The notes under the pieces were generated by a model that made no database searches, was not told the origin of the DNA, and saw nothing but the letters and a program-made list of their open reading frames with translations. Shown here one piece after another: positions 24,650 to 38,000 of a stretch of DNA of 50,757 nucleotides. The position numbers and the translations under genes are program-made. Positions within the stretch are counted from its first letter, which is position 1. Every line of letters starts with the position of its first letter. The stretch lies in assembly GCF_001194135.2 (NCBI RefSeq), contig NC_068981.1, forward strand, positions 73,535,924 to 73,586,680, given 5' to 3'. The DNA comes from Octopus bimaculoides (taxonomy: Eukaryota).

Positions 24650-26545
24650 TACAATGAGAAAGATTACGATGGTCTACATAATCTGTGTATGGTCCATGCT
24701 AAAACATGAACATTTTCAAAGATACATGAAATATCTCATCAATCTTAATATATTTGGAAATGTTCGCAGACTTACAACTAGTACAAATAAAAGACACCAC
24801 ACGGTAGCATAATAAAGTTATAACAGAGCTACTTTGTGGAGATTGATCGATGCGTCTACTTCTTTAGATCGCCAAGAATTATCCACTTCGTGGTGATTTT
24901 GTATCTGAAGCATCCAATAATCGCGAGAATCATTAAAAAAAACAAAGCAAAAGAAAAATTAGTATGGCGAAAAAGTGACAAGCCATATACCTACAGTTTC
25001 TCGGGTCTCTCGAAAAGAATTCAGAATGACTTGATCAATGCATGATAAAAATTAATGTTGAATGAACTAAAAAAAAAAAACGTAATTAAGCTAAATTTTT
25101 TGCTATTCTTTGTAAATGAAGTATCCGATATATCGAACTATTTGCAACAGTCAACTTGTTTACGTTATGTTGCGAACGATTCCGTTGCGAAAGAACGCTA
25201 TATCGGTGTTAATCATGTTAATTTAGCAAATACTTCTATTTGAATATGTCCTTAAATGTATTGAATTGTGTAAGTTTGGAAATAAATTGATTGCACCAAC
25301 CTATGATGGTGCTACTGTAGTGGCAGGAAAATTAACTGTGGCAGTGAAAAAAAAAACTGGGGAGAAATTTTGGTCTCAGACTTTGGTACAAAGCCAGTAA
25401 TGTCAGGGGATGGGTAAATCGATTACATCGATCCCAGTGCTCGACTGGTACTCATTTTATCGATCCCGAAAGGATGAAAGGCAAAAATCAACCTCAGCAG
25501 AATTTGAACTCAGAACGTAAAGACGGGCGAAATGTCACTAAGCATTTTGAGCAGCATGCTAACGATTCTGTCTGCTCGCCGCCTTACTATGGAAGAAATA
25601 TTAATCTCTCATCTTTATTCAGTGTTGTGCTCATGCAGTGAACTTAGTTCTTTCACAGGCATGCTCTGCTATAAAAGAACAAAAAAGCATTTCTTAAAAA
25701 AAATAAATGAACTGGATATGTTTTTACGAAATTACCCAAAAGGACTATTTTCAAAGCAGCAGCAACAAAATGGAATTATTCGTCACGTCTCATTAATACT
25801 TCTAAAGAAAATTGCTATTTCCTAATCAGTTTTCTTTTAAAACATCAGTGAGAATCCTGAAGCATGAGGTCAGAGCACTATAAATTCTGCATTTTAAAAG
25901 ATTCTGATTGCGTGTTTTTATTAGAATTAGAGATATAGTTACCTTCACTGGTGCCTTATTTAACATATTTTGGATTAAAAGACTTGATGTAATATATTCT
26001 AAAGAGCAAAAGAAACACAAAATGAAATATAGAAACGTACTCGAATATAAGCTTTTCAATGTTTTATGAAATACCAGAGGAAATGTATGTTACCGATGCA
26101 GCAATCCAAGTTAAAGAGATCCAAGTATAAATCTATTGACCTACAACATTTATAGAATGCGCTACCACGAAATTATTAGCACAACAATTGGCCAATTAAA
26201 AGCAAGATACTCCTCATTAGCAGAGCCTTAATCCACTGAACTTTTTAATTTTAGCTGAAAATCACTAAACCGTTTACAGATTCCACTAAATGTTATAATT
26301 CTAATGGATGGTTTAAAAAGCAGAGTATATAATTGAATGCATTATATTTATGTCAATGATCTCAATGAAATTATGTGAGAATATTTTAATCTTTGCAATT
26401 TGTTTTTGACAAATCATTCTGCAGCTGCCGCCGCAGAACGGTCTTTATTTCGTTGAAGAGAATCGAAAGATACAAAAGGAATACAAAACGAGAGAAAATA
26501 GTTACCGTTTCAGTTCTATCAATTGAAAAAAAAATGCTAATTATA
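24650..26545 (+). mobile_element. Decayed hAT transposase (DUF4371/ZMYM1-like type), interrupted by a SINE
   Basis: Fragments in expected order: RQELSLRG, SGLSKRIQNDLINA, NEVSDISNYLQQSTCLRYV..KERYIG, TYDGATVVAG, CAHAVNLVL, ATKWNYSS, AAAERSL..LKRIE...LSIE (dimerisation domain). Many stops and frameshifts. Confidence 0.75.
25375..25585 (-). mobile_element. SINE family A nested in the hAT relic
   Basis: Reverse complement AAGGCGGCGAGCAGACAGAATCGTTAGC...GCCTTTCATCCTTTCGGGATCGATAAAATGAGTACCAG. Confidence 0.9.
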
Positions 26546-26634
26546 AAACACTAATTAAAACAAGATCATTTCTATGACTATTCAATAATATTTGCCCTGA
26601 AGAACTGAATTTATTTATGAAGAAAGAAAAATAT

Positions 26635-28382
<1,748 letters not shown>

Positions 28383-28931
28383 ATTATTATTATTATTATT
28401 ATTATTATTATTTGAACGTCTCCTTTTTTTATTTTTGATGCGTTAAACAGCCAGCCCTATAGCCCTATAGCCATGTTAAGAAGCTAAATTGTCCCTTAAT
28501 GATTTAATGTAAAAAAGAAGACTCAAATCAACCGATAAAAGTGAGCGCACGCGACTCACATACACACACGTATACACCCGCGTATNNNNNNNNNNNNNNN
28601 NNNNNNNNNNNNNNNNNNNNNNNNNNNNNNNNNNNNNNNNNNNNNNNNNNNNNNNNNNNNNNNNNNNNNNNNNNNNNNNNNNNNNNNNNNNNNNNNNNNN
28701 NNNNNNNNNNNNNNNNNNNNNNNNNNNNNNNNNNNNNNNNNNNNNNNNNNNNNNNNNNNNNNNNNNNNNNNNNNNNNNNNNNNNNNNNNNNNNNNNNNNN
28801 NNNNNNNNNNNNNNNNNNNNNNNNNNNNNNNNNNNNNNNNNNNNNNNNNNNNNNNNNNNNNNNNNNNNNNNNNNNNNNNNNNNNNNNNNNNNNNNNNNNN
28901 NNNNNNNNNNNNNNNNNNNNNNNTATATATA

Positions 28932-28971
<40 letters not shown>

Positions 28972-29198
28972 CACACACGTCCACACACGCACACTCTCTC
29001 ACACACATGTTATTCTGAAAATTAAAGTTTAGGTAGGAGACTTTAAAATGTAGTATCCAAACCTTGTTCAGTGTACGTTCCTAGTAGTGTGGCTTGAGAG
29101 CACTTCACCACATATGGCTACCATGCGTCATCCGCGGTACAGTACTTTCGTCGCAGGATCTACGTAAGAATTACTCGCTGCACGTTTAGTATGTTTTA

Positions 29199-29358
29199 AA
29201 TAATTCATTGGGAAGACGGTGTGTACTTTAAGCTTTATTTAGGATGACGATCATTTCGGCTTGCATCTCTATTGCTCCGTAGTGGGTGGAGAACGATATA
29301 ATGGAATCGAATGCACTCCACAGTGCAGAAGAAACTTCATCAGATTACATAATGTGTT
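29199..29358 (-). repeat. H2 repeat copy A (inverted partner of 29783-29940)
   Basis: Reverse complement aligns over about 160 nt with 29783-29940. Confidence 0.9.
29241..29348 (-). ncRNA. Type I hammerhead-like motif with long stem II (H2 copy A)
   Basis: CTGATGA (29343-29337), 79 nt, GAAA-TGATCG-TC (predicted cleavage after 29246). Stem I only about 2 bp. Confidence 0.4.
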
Positions 29359-29782
29359 GATGAGGCAGGATGTTGGATGTGTACTCAGAGATTGGTAGGT
29401 AAAGGATGTAAAGAATCAAATACAAAGAATAAATGGGAGGATCAGAATGGCCTTTGAATGAAAAAAGTTCTAAAGATTATGGAGATCTTTGATGGTTAGT
29501 CATGCGTATCGTTCGTGGCAACGTGGCTACACACAGACACGCACACACACTCATACATACATACATACATACATACATACATACATACGTACATACATGC
29601 ATAAATATATATATATATATGCATGTATATATACGCACACACATTCACACACTCGTATACATACACATGCACAGATACACATATATACATTTAGATATAC
29701 ATATGAACTACTGTAAATGCACGCATCATACCACCATCCTGCACACACAATAGCGAAATGTACATATTGTAACACTGTAATG

Positions 29783-29933
29783 TATTATGCAACCTGATGA
29801 GGTTTCTTCTGCCCTGTGTGGTGCATTCGATTCCATTATATTATTTCTCACCCACTAAGGAGCAGTGCAGATACAATCCGAAACGATCGTCGTTCTAAAT
29901 AAAGCTTACAGTAAAATCCGTCTTCCCTATCAA

Positions 29934-29940
<7 letters not shown>
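29783..29940 (+). repeat. H2 repeat copy B
   Basis: Homologous to the reverse complement of 29199-29358; ends at a (TA)n tract. Confidence 0.9.
29789..29896 (+). ncRNA. Type I hammerhead-like motif with long stem II (H2 copy B)
   Basis: AAC-CTGATGA (29794-29800)-GG, 79-nt domain, CC-GAAA-CGATCG-TC-GTT. Perfect palindrome ACGATCGT; predicted cleavage after 29891; AATAAA just downstream. Confidence 0.5.
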
Positions 29941-29990
<50 letters not shown>

Positions 29991-29993
<3 letters not shown>

Positions 29994-30205
29994 AGTTGTA
30001 TACTGCCAACTTAACGTGACAGTCCCAGTAAGGGAATATACTACTGCTGTTTAGCCCTAAGAAGCCAGACCGCTTCCTATTAGGCCTTGACACATTTCCT
30101 GTGCCCTTATCCCTACGAAGGGGAGACAAACTCCTCCACCCAGCCTAGCCTGCATTCAGGGACATGTTTCTGAGTCTTTGCTCGTCATCAGCTTGAAGTA
30201 GCACA
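29991..30205 (-). repeat. H1 repeat copy 2 (monomer)
   Basis: Collinear with 16730-16935, e.g. GGGTGGAGG, GGAAGCG, GGGCTAAA.AGCAGTAG and GGGACTGTCAC.TTAAGTTG. 3' end abuts (TA)n. Confidence 0.85.
30155..30197 (-). ncRNA. Minimal type I hammerhead ribozyme motif (H1 copy 2)
   Basis: TTCAAG-CTGATGA-cGAG caaaga CTCa-GAAA-CATG-TC-CCTGAA: stem I 5/6 bp, palindrome ACATGT, predicted cleavage after 30161. Confidence 0.65.
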
Positions 30206-30606
30206 GCTGGCTAGATGAAGAAATCTGTTTCATCTTCGTAAGTATATACTATTTCAGTGAAATACATTCACTGGTAACAAAAATTATATATATATATATA
30301 TCACTTACTAAAGTAAGTACTTATTTTTATAACATGTATAAGAATTTTTACGGTTTGCATGTATCCGCAGGATATTTTTTGTTTCTTTTTATAATGTGTT
30401 CATTTATTTCTTATAATTTGATACGTCGATTTCATTTTGTGGAAGAGATCAATGACATTCTGAATAATGTATTCGGCAAGATTATCTATCCATATATGTA
30501 CGTGTGTATATGTGTGCGTATGTGCGTGTGTATGTGTGAGAGCACTTGCATATTTCTCACATATGCCTGAGCAGTATCTGTGATGAAGTATTCTATTTAT
30601 TTGTTA

Positions 30607-31027
30607 AGGCGGCGAGATGGCAGAAACGTTAGCACGACGGGCGAAATGTTTAGTGGTATTTCGTATGTCTTTACATTCTGAGTTCAAATGCCGCCGAGGT
30701 CGACTTTGCCTTTCATCCTTTCGGGATCGATAAATTAAGTACCAGTTACGCACTGGGTCGATGTAATCGACTTAATCCCTTTGTCTGTCTTTGTTTGTCT
30801 CTTCTATGTTTAGCCCCTTGTGGGTGATAAAGAAATAAGAAACGTTAGCACGCTGGGCAAAATGCTTAGCGGTATTTCGTTTGTCTTTTCGTTGAGTTCA
30901 ATTTTCGCTGAGGTCGACTTTGCCTTCCTTTTCGGAGTGAATAAGTCCCAGTTGCGTACTGTAGTCGAACTAATCGACTGGACATTCCTCCAAAGTTTCG
31001 GGCCTTGTACCTAGAGTAGAAAAGATT
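30607..31027 (+). mobile_element. Head-to-tail dimer of family A SINEs with two different tail types
   Basis: Copy 1 30607-30839 (tail TTTAGCCCCTTGTGGGTGATAAAGAAATAAG); copy 2 30840-31027 (tail GGCCTTGTACCTAGAGTAGAAAAG). Confidence 0.9.
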
Positions 31028-31121
31028 CTATATATTTGCCTGCTTTTCTCATCATTCATTGTGTATGTTTATGTATATTTTCTCTCTCCTTTGTTTTTTC
31101 TTTCTCATTTTGTCCCTCTCT

Positions 31122-31200
<79 letters not shown>

Positions 31201-34030
31201 CAGAGAGAGAGAGAGACAGACAGAGAGAGACAGAGAGAGAATGTTAGATATGGTTTATAGGGTTACCCAGGGTTTCGCGTTCATAAGGTGCTTAGCTTTA
31301 CACGCATCTCTTCAGACCTTAACGGCCGTAGCCTATAAACCTCGCTTCAAAATGGAGGGAGAAAAGGTCTCGTAGTTAGTTTTTAAATACACAAAGAAGA
31401 AAGATCAAACGCAAGAAGTGTCAGTATTTCATGTATTTCTGAAACTGTCATCTCATAAGTGTTGCTTTAAAGTGTTGCTCTGTGTTACGGTGGACCGACG
31501 TTGAATAAGGTATTAGATCAAGTAAATGTGTTAGTTGGTGTTATTCAGAAAGCTCTGCCTCGATTACGTTAGACATGTGGAAACAGTTCATCAAGCAGAC
31601 CTCGTACTTCACCTCTTTAAACAGATCATATGATTCATCGTATACGTTGCAGCCCAATGTATTGCTCTAGCTGTTCAATGCAAGCGTTGCTGCCAACAAC
31701 AGTAAAATTCAGCACTAAGACTTAATGACGTCGATTGCAAAAAGACATCAATGTTATTGCAGAACCAAAACACATTGGCTATTACACACACACACACACA
31801 CACAGACACACACAAATCTTCTAGAATCTTTCAAAATTGTACACGGTCATTAGAATGTGATTGAGAAGGACTGGCCATTATTAATGAGGAATAATCATCT
31901 ATTAATCAGTTTCCGTTAAATACCTTTTTTCTGTCGACTCAAAGCATAATCCTAGGTAAACATTTTGAAGAGTGAAGCAATGGTCATCCTTTATGAAATA
32001 AGTGTGGGACACGTTCACAAAGAGAAGTGCAAGTATTTTGTTAATGCCTCTAATGACAACCAGAAATTCTAAAAAGAAAGAAAAATTGCTGATATTCTGA
32101 AGAAATTGTCTTTTATAATCACATTATATTCTAACTGAATGGTAAACAATGCCACACAGCAAATAACACGAAACAATTGTCCCGAAGAAGCTCATGATAT
32201 TGCATATATGGTTATATCCCTATCTGAAGCCTATACAAAATGCAGGATTCCAAAACAACCGCTTATAGTTTCATTCATCAATTTCGGATTTGAAAGAAAA
32301 GATCCTAACAGATTACTGTGAAAACTCTCGTCGAAATCACGCCTAGCCAAAATGCTGCTTTATCGAAATACTGCACAGTATATCCTTAATTTAGTAGTCC
32401 TAAGATTAACATTCGTAAACGGTTTTCTCGTAATCCACATATTTTATTATAAAGTAGATTTCTTGGTCTGCACCTTCCGTGTATATACACTTTTGTCAAA
32501 GGCTGTAACTAAACATATACATATATTTGCATGTATGCTTGTAGATACATGTGTGTGTGTGTGTATGTGTGTGTATACCTATGTGTATATCTATAAATAT
32601 ATATAATACATATATATATATATGTTTGTATGTGTGCAAGTATTTCTGCATTTACGCCTGGGAAGTAGCACATCTGCTTGTTTGTAATAGATTTCTAGAT
32701 AGAGCATAGAAATCCATTCTTAAATATATGTTAATGATTGTTCTGTCTATCGTCAACACTTTCTAACGCTGAAAATATTCTGATATCAGTACGACCGCCG
32801 GTGTTTAAGTCAGTACAAAGCCTGACCTAAATATATTCTAAGTTTAAAAACTTTCTTCATTAGTTTACGTCATAGTTTTGCCTATTTTCGCTTATCTTTG
32901 TTTATTGCGTCATCATTATTATCCACTTATTATGTAATTAGAAGGATGTACCTTACATATCTTACAGTCATTACTGGTTACAGTCTTTGGATATTATTCT
33001 ATTTGCCGCTTTTTGCCAAACGCTTAAGTTATGGGGACATATACAAATCCACACTAAATATCGAGTGAGAGGGGAGGAAACAGAGACGTACGCGCATGTC
33101 CACAAATGCACATGTGTATAAATATACGATAGGCTTCCACACAGTTTCCATCTTTCATATTCACTCACAAAACTTACCATAATTTAATTTTCACCCAATC
33201 CTTCATTTATTCAACTCAGTTTGGTTAAATGTTGAGCAAAACAACATCTTTTTAACCAACGAAAGGAAGAAGACATTACAAATGAGAGCTTGTTAGCCAT
33301 TATGAGCAAAGCTAACGATTATAACTCACATTTTCGGAAATTATAGAAATGGAAAATGTGGATTTGATGGAAAAAAATCAGACAATGGAATTTCTATATC
33401 ACTAATTAAAAATAAAAATCCGTGACATGAAAGGATTAGATATTTGCTCTCTTATTTCCTCAAGCCGGAGTAGGGTAAATCAAAGTATCTTTATTGCGAT
33501 CCTTTTTTTTACTCATCATGCTTGCAGATATAGACATAATTCTACACTAGAACATTCTCTGTAACGACGCAGAAATCAAAAGAAATGGAATTTATCTATG
33601 ATATCCAACAAAAACTGTCACACACGAGTGAGGAACGCCACAAATACTATATTTTATATTACGGTAATCAACAACGTAAGATTTTATCCACCCCCCAAAC
33701 AAAGAAACAATGCAAGTGATATGTGTGTCTATATTTGAAGACGCATCTTTATCTATAACCATTTTACGAGAGGCAGGTGGTTGGATATTGATAATTCTCT
33801 GTTCAAAACTGTCGTTAACTATCCGAAGATGACATCCAAAGAAGGCTTGACTATTGCTCTTAAATCTAGCCTCCCAGGTTCCAGATTCCCAAAGCTTACA
33901 CACTAACTACAGGAATTGCAAATATCTTCCATATGGCAAATGTCAAATATCTCAAATACCTATAACACCTGTGTCTTCGCAAAGCTTCTAATCACTGGAA
34001 CGTCAGTATGAACTCTAAGCTGTTACTATC

Positions 34031-34101
<71 letters not shown>

Positions 34102-34607
34102 TTAGCTAGCTAGCTATGATATTGATATTTGTGTGTCAGTCTGTCTTTATGTTTGTGTGTCCGTTTGCCTACCTGTATGTCTGTGCGTTTGTATGTATGT
34201 ATGTCCGCCCTCCCTGTATTCAGAATCTGTAAAACGAGCACCCAAGATATCATAATATATACTATTCGCATCTCACAGCGGTGGTTTACATGATATTTAT
34301 TTTAAGATAAAGCAGACAAAACTGTGACAAACCTGCTATGAAGATAGAATATGGAATTGGCGTATCAGGGGCAGTCTCTCTTTTACTCGTATAATTAAAA
34401 AGAGAAAAGACAAGAAATAGAGAACGGGAAACAAACAGGAAGAAGGAAACGTATAGTGTTGGCAGTCGATGGCGGTGACAGTGGTACCCAAGTTTTGATG
34501 ATAAACTGGGGTATTTTTTACGCTTAAGTCTCACTTTACACTTTCTAGCCTTCCTTATCACTTCCCTCTGCTCTATCTGTCTGTCTGTCTGTCTGTCTGT
34601 CTCTGTT

Positions 34608-34639
<32 letters not shown>

Positions 34640-35652
34640 ACTCTCTCTCGTTCTCTCTCTGTTTCCTCCTCTTCTGTCTTCCTCTCTGTTTTTGTCGTGG
34701 AACAGTGAAACTGCGATATGGATAGTCACACATGAAAATAGAGACATACATAAAGAGAGAGAGAGAGAGAAGGGGGGGAGAGCGCGAGAGAAAGAAGGAA
34801 GGAAGGAAAGAAAGAAGGAAAGAAAGAGAGTAAGAAAGAGTGAGGAGAGTGATAGTGTTGATGTCGATTGATTGAAAATTGAATAGACATAAACGTTTCG
34901 TAGAAAAACCCTTCTTGAGTGAATATCTAATGCAATTTGAAGTGGATTCCATTTCGGTTGGAGTACGATGTGTCTTTCATTTCAAATTGGCTTCAATTAC
35001 ATAACAACGAATATTTGTAAGGATTATGCGGCATTAAGCATCGGAAGAACAGCTGATATCACTGATATGTGTCTCAGTTTAGGAAATTTTACTTAGCCAA
35101 ATGCATCTGGTTCAGAACAAACAAACAGTCTTTTCTCTTCTTATGTTGTTCCGTCGTAATTCTTGAAAAACATTAGGATTTTTTATATTCACATATCAAA
35201 GTCAATATACACATGAGCGCGAGCTCGCGCCCACACACGCATGCACACACACATACACACACGGCAGCTTGAATATAATCGTATTTATTAGACAATGCAA
35301 AGTAGTCTCCAGCATATAAATTGTATGGGGTGATCACGATTTGAAGGCTGTAAAGCAAGCTCGATATAATGGAACTTTGGTCAACAACTTTGATATCACA
35401 GACTATTGGCAAAATTAGGCTAAATTCTTACCTTACTGTGTTTATATAAGTATGAACAAGCAACAAACACTTTACAAAAGCTCACCCCTGTCAAAATAAT
35501 GTCAAGTAATCTAATGTCGAATTTATTTACCACTCAATGAAGCTTTACTGAATTCTTGAATATTCCATTTCTAAATCTCTCAGATAGATGAAGAGCAATG
35601 ACTCCCCGGTTTGAAAACGTAAGGAAACAAAACGCTTGTGAGACATAACCAA

Positions 35653-35737
35653 CTGGAAACGATGTTTCCTGGGGTTAAATAGCAGTAGCAATCTTCCCTT
35701 TCCTAGGACTACCACATTAAGTTGGCAACAAACTAGC
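35653..35737 (+). repeat. 3' fragment of the H1 repeat (no ribozyme core)
   Basis: TTCCTGGGGTTAAATAGCAGTAG...GGACTACCACATTAAGTTGGCA matches 16871-16931. Confidence 0.7.
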
Positions 35738-35866
35738 ACTTTTATCTTGGTGTTACTGTATAAGTTTCTCTGAGATATTTCGAAATGCAATATTTCTAAT
35801 TTTGTAGATCAGTGAATTTATTTCACTTGAAATTCTGTAAGTTTTCAATGATGAATAAGCACTGAC

Positions 35867-37330
35867 AGCTACCAAGGCAACGCCCTTTTCGTCTACGACA
35901 CGGTGTTGTTTTCAATTATTACTTTCCGTATGTGAGTTCGTTTCCTGTTCTGTTATTGTGGCTTTTTGTTATGTCTGTATTGAAGATTTTATTGGGATTT
36001 GAACTGTTGTCCTGTGGAAAACTAATTTTCGACCTGCGGGGAAGAAAATTTCTGCAATCTATTTATTGAAGTTTAAATTTGTGAAAACAATTTCTGAAAA
36101 TTTTTATGTTAACCAACGAAGGTATGGACACTCAACCAGCCGGTAGCTACGCTACAGCAGCAGGAAAAGGTGCAAATAGCGACGTTGTACAAGTCAAGGA
36201 AGTCAAGTTCGACGAAAGAAGACTTAAAAAAGCTGACGAGCTAATTACTAAAGAAGGAAACAGCCTGAGACTGACCCCTCCAAAAGAAATATCGGAAGAA
36301 ACAGTAAAAAGAAAAGAAAAAAAAAGTCGTTTATACAACACTGTCGAACAGCAGCAAAACGGTTGAATTAGGAAGCATTGAAGAAATGGAGTGCAATCAA
36401 GGAAGTGGAGCACCTTACCAAGTACTACACCAGAAGCAAGAAGTACGGCACAGTGGAGGTACGGTTTGCGACCGAACAAGAAGCAATAAAGTGCTCCACT
36501 GTGCCATTAAGGTCGGATGAGTGGGCACTGCTGCCGACCTATTGTAGCAAACGTGTGGCCAGAATTAGGATTGGCGGAGTTCTGTGTTACCGGAAGACGT
36601 CAAACTACGAGTGGTAGTGGAGGGAAGACCTCCCATCTGCTAACACCGTGGAATATGGGGTCACATGCAAGCGAGGTGTCCCCAGAAACAAGATATGGAA
36701 GAAGAGGTAGAACAGGAGTAGCAGTAGGAGGGGGTGGAGCAAGGTGTGGTGGCGCAAGGCCAGGTAAAGGAAGTAATGGAAATAGTAGAAGCGAAACACC
36801 CAGTCAGAAAGAGAAAGAAAAAGGAGGAGGAAAATGCATTATCGCCCTCAAAAAGCCCGCAGAAAAAGAGAAAAGGCAATTTGGAGGAGATGCAGAAAGA
36901 AGGTGCAGAAGGAGCCAGAAAGAAAATTGCAGAAGAGAGAACAAATGAAAAAGAAAGCATGCAGAAAGGAAAGGAAGAAACAATGAGGAGATGGACACGC
37001 AAGTACCAGGAACATCGGGAGAGAGAGTTGAGATGGAAAGTGGAAAGAGGAGGCGAAAAGAAGGAATTTGAGGAGGATGGCGGAATATAAGAAAGAGTAT
37101 AGAGATAGAGAAGAGGATTACAAAGATGAAAAATGTTATAAGAGTTAAAATAACGGGAAGTGAATATACAGAGGACGACAGGGCGGTTTTGCTGGAGAGT
37201 GACAGAGCGATAAATTGAAAGAATTGTTCGGTGAGCAGATTGAATTGACACAGGTGCGGTTTCAATGTGACGAGCTGCCACCAGTGGTGCCATTCGAAGA
37301 CATTGTGCAATACTTTGTCGATGGATATAA
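35867..37330 (+). mobile_element. 5' UTR and ORF1 of an L1/Tx1-like LINE, decayed and 3'-truncated
   Basis: GTVEVRF...LLPTYCSKRVARIRIGGV; VEGRPPIC*HRGIWGHMQARCP (decayed CX2CX4HX4C); charged K/E-rich tail. 5' UTR homologous to 38001 onward. Confidence 0.7.
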
Positions 37331-37390
37331 AAGTAAGTAAAATTTCAAAATTGAAATGTGTTTAAACCCCCTCCCCCCCAATAAACTATA

Positions 37391-37808
37391 GGCGCAAGAG
37401 TGGCTGTGTGGTAAGTAGCATGCTTACTAACCACATGGTTTCGGGTTCAGTCCCACTGCGTGACATCTTGGGCATGTGTCTTCTACTATATCCTCGGGCC
37501 GACCAAAGCCTTGTGAGTGGATTTGGTAGACGGAAACTGAAAGAAGCCCGTCGTATATATGTATATATATATATATATTTATATGTATGTGTGTGTGTGT
37601 GTTTGTGTGTCTGTGTGTGTCCCCCTACCATCGCTTGACAACCGATGCTGGTGTGTTTACGTCCCCGTAACTTAGCGGTTCGGCAAAAAGTGACCGATAG
37701 AATAAGTACTAGGCTTACAAAGAATAAGCTCTGGGGTCGATTTGCTCGACTAAAGGCGGTGCTCCAGCATGGCCGCAGTCAAATGACTGAAACAAGTAAA
37801 AGAGTAAA
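37391..37808 (+). mobile_element. Full-length tRNA-derived SINE, family B, with internal microsatellite
   Basis: A-box TGGCTGTGTGG, B-box GGTTCAGTCCC, body GGCCGACCAAAGCCTTGTGAGTGGATTTGGTAGACGGAAAC, 3' end GGCCGCAGTCAAATGACTGAAACAAGTAAAAGAG. Confidence 0.92.
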
Positions 37809-38000
37809 ACTGTACACCAACATGAATTACATAAACAGTTAATTGATACTGTTTGCGTATGGGGGCAAGTAAGACACTTCATTTTTCATTATATCACTAT
37901 ATTCATATCCATTCGATTTTCGTTTCATGTACCCCACTGCATTTTGCTGTCCTTGTTCGTCCCTTCTCTGTAAGAGCTATATGCTTATAATAAAGAAAAA

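Noticed and set aside
32097-32185. CTGAAGA ... CGAAACAATTGTC with a palindromic stem III
   Set aside because: No stem I or stem II pairing could be found between the two halves; may be chance or a fully decayed motif.
33592-33903. 103-aa non-repetitive minus ORF
   Set aside because: No recognisable motif, non-ATG start and no convincing splice sites; needs BLASTX or RNA-seq.
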